DNA from: Squalus acanthias
Lineage: Eukaryota
Direction of reading: 5' to 3'
Assembly (NCBI GenBank): GCA_030390025.1
Contig: CM059432.1
Coordinates: 87,670,001-87,734,000, forward strand
Length of the DNA stretch: 64,000 bases
Below the pieces are notes generated by a model. The model saw only the letters and a program-made list of their open reading frames with translations, ran no database searches and was not told the origin of the DNA. Made by a program: the position numbers and the translations under genes. Below are positions 60,249 to 64,000 of the stretch, piece by piece. Position 1 is the first letter of the stretch. Each line of letters starts with the position of its first letter.

Positions 60249-61820
60249 AAAATGGCCAGTGCGTGTGCCATGACGCTGCTCATATTTGAGATGGACTCCT
60301 CCATTCTCTGCACACTCGCAGTCACCGTGGCTGAATACCCTGTCAGAGCCTCCTGCACTTGTTCCTGAAGCTCCAGGATCACCCTCTTCCTGGATGGCCC
60401 CCGAGATTCAGGGTCTGCATGCAGCTCAGTGGAGCGAGGAGACTCCTGCGGCCTCTGACAAGGATTCTCCACTGCTGTCCCTGTCTCCACCATCTGATTT
60501 TGCTCACTTGTGACTTGTGATACACCAGGTGACAACACTACTCTATCTCGCATAGGACCCACCGAGGTGTGCGTCTCTGCGCTGGTGCTGGGTGCGCTCA
60601 TTTCTGCTGACGCTGCTCCCTCAGAGGCTGGAGGATCCTCTGAGGAGTGCTCCTGCTCTTCCTCCTGGACAGTGGGGCTTCTCTTGATGGTCCTGTGGGA
60701 GAGTAAAGACATGAGTTAGACATGTGATATGTAGATTGCAGACACATCCCATTGTGCACATGATTAGCTCTCAATTTCTTTTGACATCAGATCCCAATCG
60801 AGTCATTTATGATTGCAAAATAAGATGTCTGGAAAATAATTCTGTCACCAGGTTGTTCTAATGAGCCCCTCTCTCCATCCCCCACTTCAGGCTGCTCAAC
60901 TTCCCCTTAAATACAACGGCAGCAAACGCGTCATCAGAGGAGCTGAACAGACCCACACCTAATGATTGGGCTGGGCAGCGCGCACCGAGGGCTTAACAAG
61001 CCTAATTATCGCAAAATTCTATCAGCAGAGCGGCTGCAGCTGGGAGCAGGACCGGAACCCGTCAGCTACCTCCCCCAACGCTAACCTGCCTCAGCTGGGA
61101 AAATCCAGCCCCTGGTGTGGGAATGGATATGGGTAACAGAGTTTTGGATGAGCTCAAGTTTATGGAGGGTGGAGGGTGGCATACTGGCTAGGAGAGCATG
61201 GAATAGTTGAGTCTGGAAGTGATAAAGTCATGGGTGAGGGTTTCAGCAGCAGATGGGCAAAGGCGGGCCAGAGATGAATGATGTTACGAAGGTGGGAGTT
61301 GGCTATGGGGTTGGAGGCTCAGCTAGGGGTCAAATATGATACAACCTGAGAAATAAGTAAAAATTACTGTGTGGTAGAGGCAGTTTATGGATGACCCAAT
61401 CAGCAAACCGCCAGAAGAGGACTGTTTCAGCAAATTGGGTTTGTGATAAGGTTAGATTTGAATAGTAGATCAAAGCCTGAGAGTGGACATGATCCAGGAT
61501 TTTAGGAGACAGGCCAATCTTCTTTTCTTTGATGAAAACAAGTTCAGTTCTGTTTGTTCTTCCTTTTTGGATAGAAAGCCCTAGGCCTGAAATTCCTGCA
61601 GGCACAAAAGCACTGTAATCTGGGTAGGCAGGTTTGTGATTTCAAAAGACCCGTTTATGGTGGGTCCCTGCCCCTCTTTCCTCCTGTCGAAAATCCTCCC
61701 TGAAGTGGGTGCATTATACACCTTATTGATTGCTTTCGGGCAATTGGAAAGTGGCTGCAGTTCAAGTTTTTTTCAAGCATTTTGGACCAAGTTCCAGGGG
61801 ATGCAAGTGGCTAAGGCAGT

Positions 61821-63965
61821 CATAGAAACATAGAAAAATAGGAGCAGGAGTAGGCCATTCGGCCCTTCGAGCCTGCTCCGCCATTCAATATGATGATGGC
61901 TGATCCTCTATCTCAATACCATATTCCCGCTCTCTCCCCATACCCCTTGATGCCTTTTGTGTCTAGAAATCTATCTATCTCCTTAAATATATTCAGTGAC
62001 TTGGCCTCCACAACCTTCTGTGGTAGAGAATTCACAGGTTCACCACCCTCTGAGTAAAGAAATTTCTCCTCATCTCAGTCCTAAATGTCCTACCCCGTAT
62101 CCTGAGACTGTGATCCCTCGTTCTAGACCCCCCAGCCAGGGGAAACATCCTCCCTGCATCCAGTCTGTCTAGCCCTGTCAGAATTTTATAAGTTTCAATG
62201 AGATCCCCTCTCATTCTTCTAAACTCTAGTGAATACAGGCCTAGTCGACCTAATCTCTCCTCATACGACAGTCCTGCCATCCCAGGAATCAGTCTGGTGA
62301 ACCTTCGCTGCACTCCCTCTATGGCAAGTAAGGAGACCAAAACTGCACACAGTATTCCAGGTATGGTCTCACCAAGGCCCTGTACAACTGTAGTAAGACA
62401 TCCCTGCTCCTGTACTCAAATCCTCTTGCAATGAAGGCCAACATACCATTTGCCTTCCTAACTGCTTGCTGCACCTGCATGTTTGCTTTCAGTGACTGTT
62501 GTACAGGGACACCCAGGTCCCTTTGTAAATCAGCATTTCCTAATCTATCACCATTTAAATAATACTCTGCCTTTCTGTTTTTCCTACCGAAGTGGATAAT
62601 TTCACATTTATCCACGTTATACTGCATCTGCCATGTATTTGCCCACTCACTCAACTTGTCTAAATCGCCTTGAAGCCTCTTTGCATCCTCGTCACAACTT
62701 ACAATCCCACCTAGTTTCATGCCGTTAGCAAACTTGGAAATATTACATTTGGTTCCCTCATCGAAATCATTGATATATATTGTGAATAGCTGGGGCCCAA
62801 GTACTGATCCCTGCCGTACCCCACTAGTCACCGCCTGCCACCCCGAAAAAGACCCATTTATTCCTACTTTCTGTTTCCTGTCTGTTAACCAATTTTCAAT
62901 CCATGCCAGTATATTACCCCCAATCCCATGTGCTTTAACTTTGCACACTAACCTCTTATGTGGGACTTTATCAAAGTCCTTTTGAAAATCCAAATACACC
63001 ACATCCACTGGTTCTCCCTTATCTATTCTACCAGTTACATCCTCAAAAAACTCCAGTAGGTTTGTCAAACACGATTTCCCTTTCATAAATCCATGTAGAC
63101 TTTGTCTAATCCCGTTGATATTTTCTAAGTGTCCTGTTATCATAAGAACATAAGAACATAAGAAATAGGAGCTGGAGTAGGCCATTCGGCCCTTCGAGCC
63201 TGCTCCACCATTCAACAAGATCATGGCTGATATTCTGCCTCAACTCCATTCACCGGCCCTATCGCTATATCCCTTGATGCCCTTACTAGTCAGAAATCTA
63301 TCGACTTCTGTTTTGAATATACCCAATGACTGAGCCTCCACAGCCCTCTGTGGTAGAGAATTCCAAAGATTCACCACCCTCTGTGTGAAGAAATGTCTTC
63401 TCATCTCAGTCCTGAATGGCCTACCTTTTATCCTGAGGCTGTGGCCCCTGGTTCTCGACTCTCCAACCAAGGGAAACATTCTCCCAGCATCCACCCTATC
63501 AAGCCCTGTAATAATTTTGTATGCTTCAATGAGATCCCCTCTCATTCTTCTGAATTCAAGAGAATACAGGCCTAGTTTACTCAATCTCTTCTCTTATGAC
63601 AGTCCCGCCATCCCAGGAATCAATCTTGTGAACCTTTGCTGCACTCCCTCTATGGCAAGTATATCCTTCCTTAGGTAAAGAGACCAAAATTGTACACAGT
63701 ACTCCAGGTGTGGTCTCACCATGGCCCTATATAATTGGAGTAAGACTTCTTTACTCCTGTACTCAAATCCTCTTGTAATGAAGGCCAGCATACCATTTAT
63801 GATCCTTTATAATAGACTCCAGCATTTTCCCTACTATTGATGTTAAGCTAACCGGTCTGTAGTTCCCTGTTTTCTCTCTCCCTCCTTTTTTAAATAGTGG
63901 GGTTACATTTGCCACCCTCCAATCTGCAGGAACTGTTCCATAATCTATAGAATTTTGGAAGATGA
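61821..63965 (-). mobile_element. Stacked CR1 3' fragments
   Basis: Two tails (61821, 63141); RT ORFs at 62032-63791. Confidence 0.92.
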
Positions 63966-64000
63966 TGAGGAGGTCACTGGGCCAAAACCAGCTGCAGGTC

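Larger units (their letters stand above)
44803..61111. mobile_element. Degenerate Harbinger (copy C) hosting the ERV
   Basis: Transposase pieces 44803-45499 (GIIDCTH...RFPGSC) and 58274-58797 (HD, LGDKGY); Myb-gene remnants on minus strand 59148-60712; right TIR-like GAAAATCCAGCCC. Confidence 0.85.

Overview
Transposon-saturated vertebrate DNA, probably from a shark or other cartilaginous fish (inferred from the CR1, V-SINE and Deu-type repeat content). No host exon was recognised. The centrepiece is an apparently intact, very young 12.77-kb endogenous retrovirus on the minus strand (45500-58269). It has 1655-bp near-identical LTRs and a GCTG target duplication. gag starts inside the primer-binding site and is joined in frame to pol through a TGA-CTAG readthrough-type stop. 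Pol carries tether plus RNase H, and Env is not orthoretroviral: Ig-like domain, furin site and a ~450-aa F-protein-like fusion subunit, i.e. lokiretrovirus-like. The virus split a Harbinger transposase. The window also holds an intact two-gene Harbinger transposon with cognate MITEs, a decayed Gypsy element, many CR1 LINEs and V-SINEs, a Penelope-type hammerhead palindrome, and two copies of a LINE that begins with a tRNA-like SINE head.
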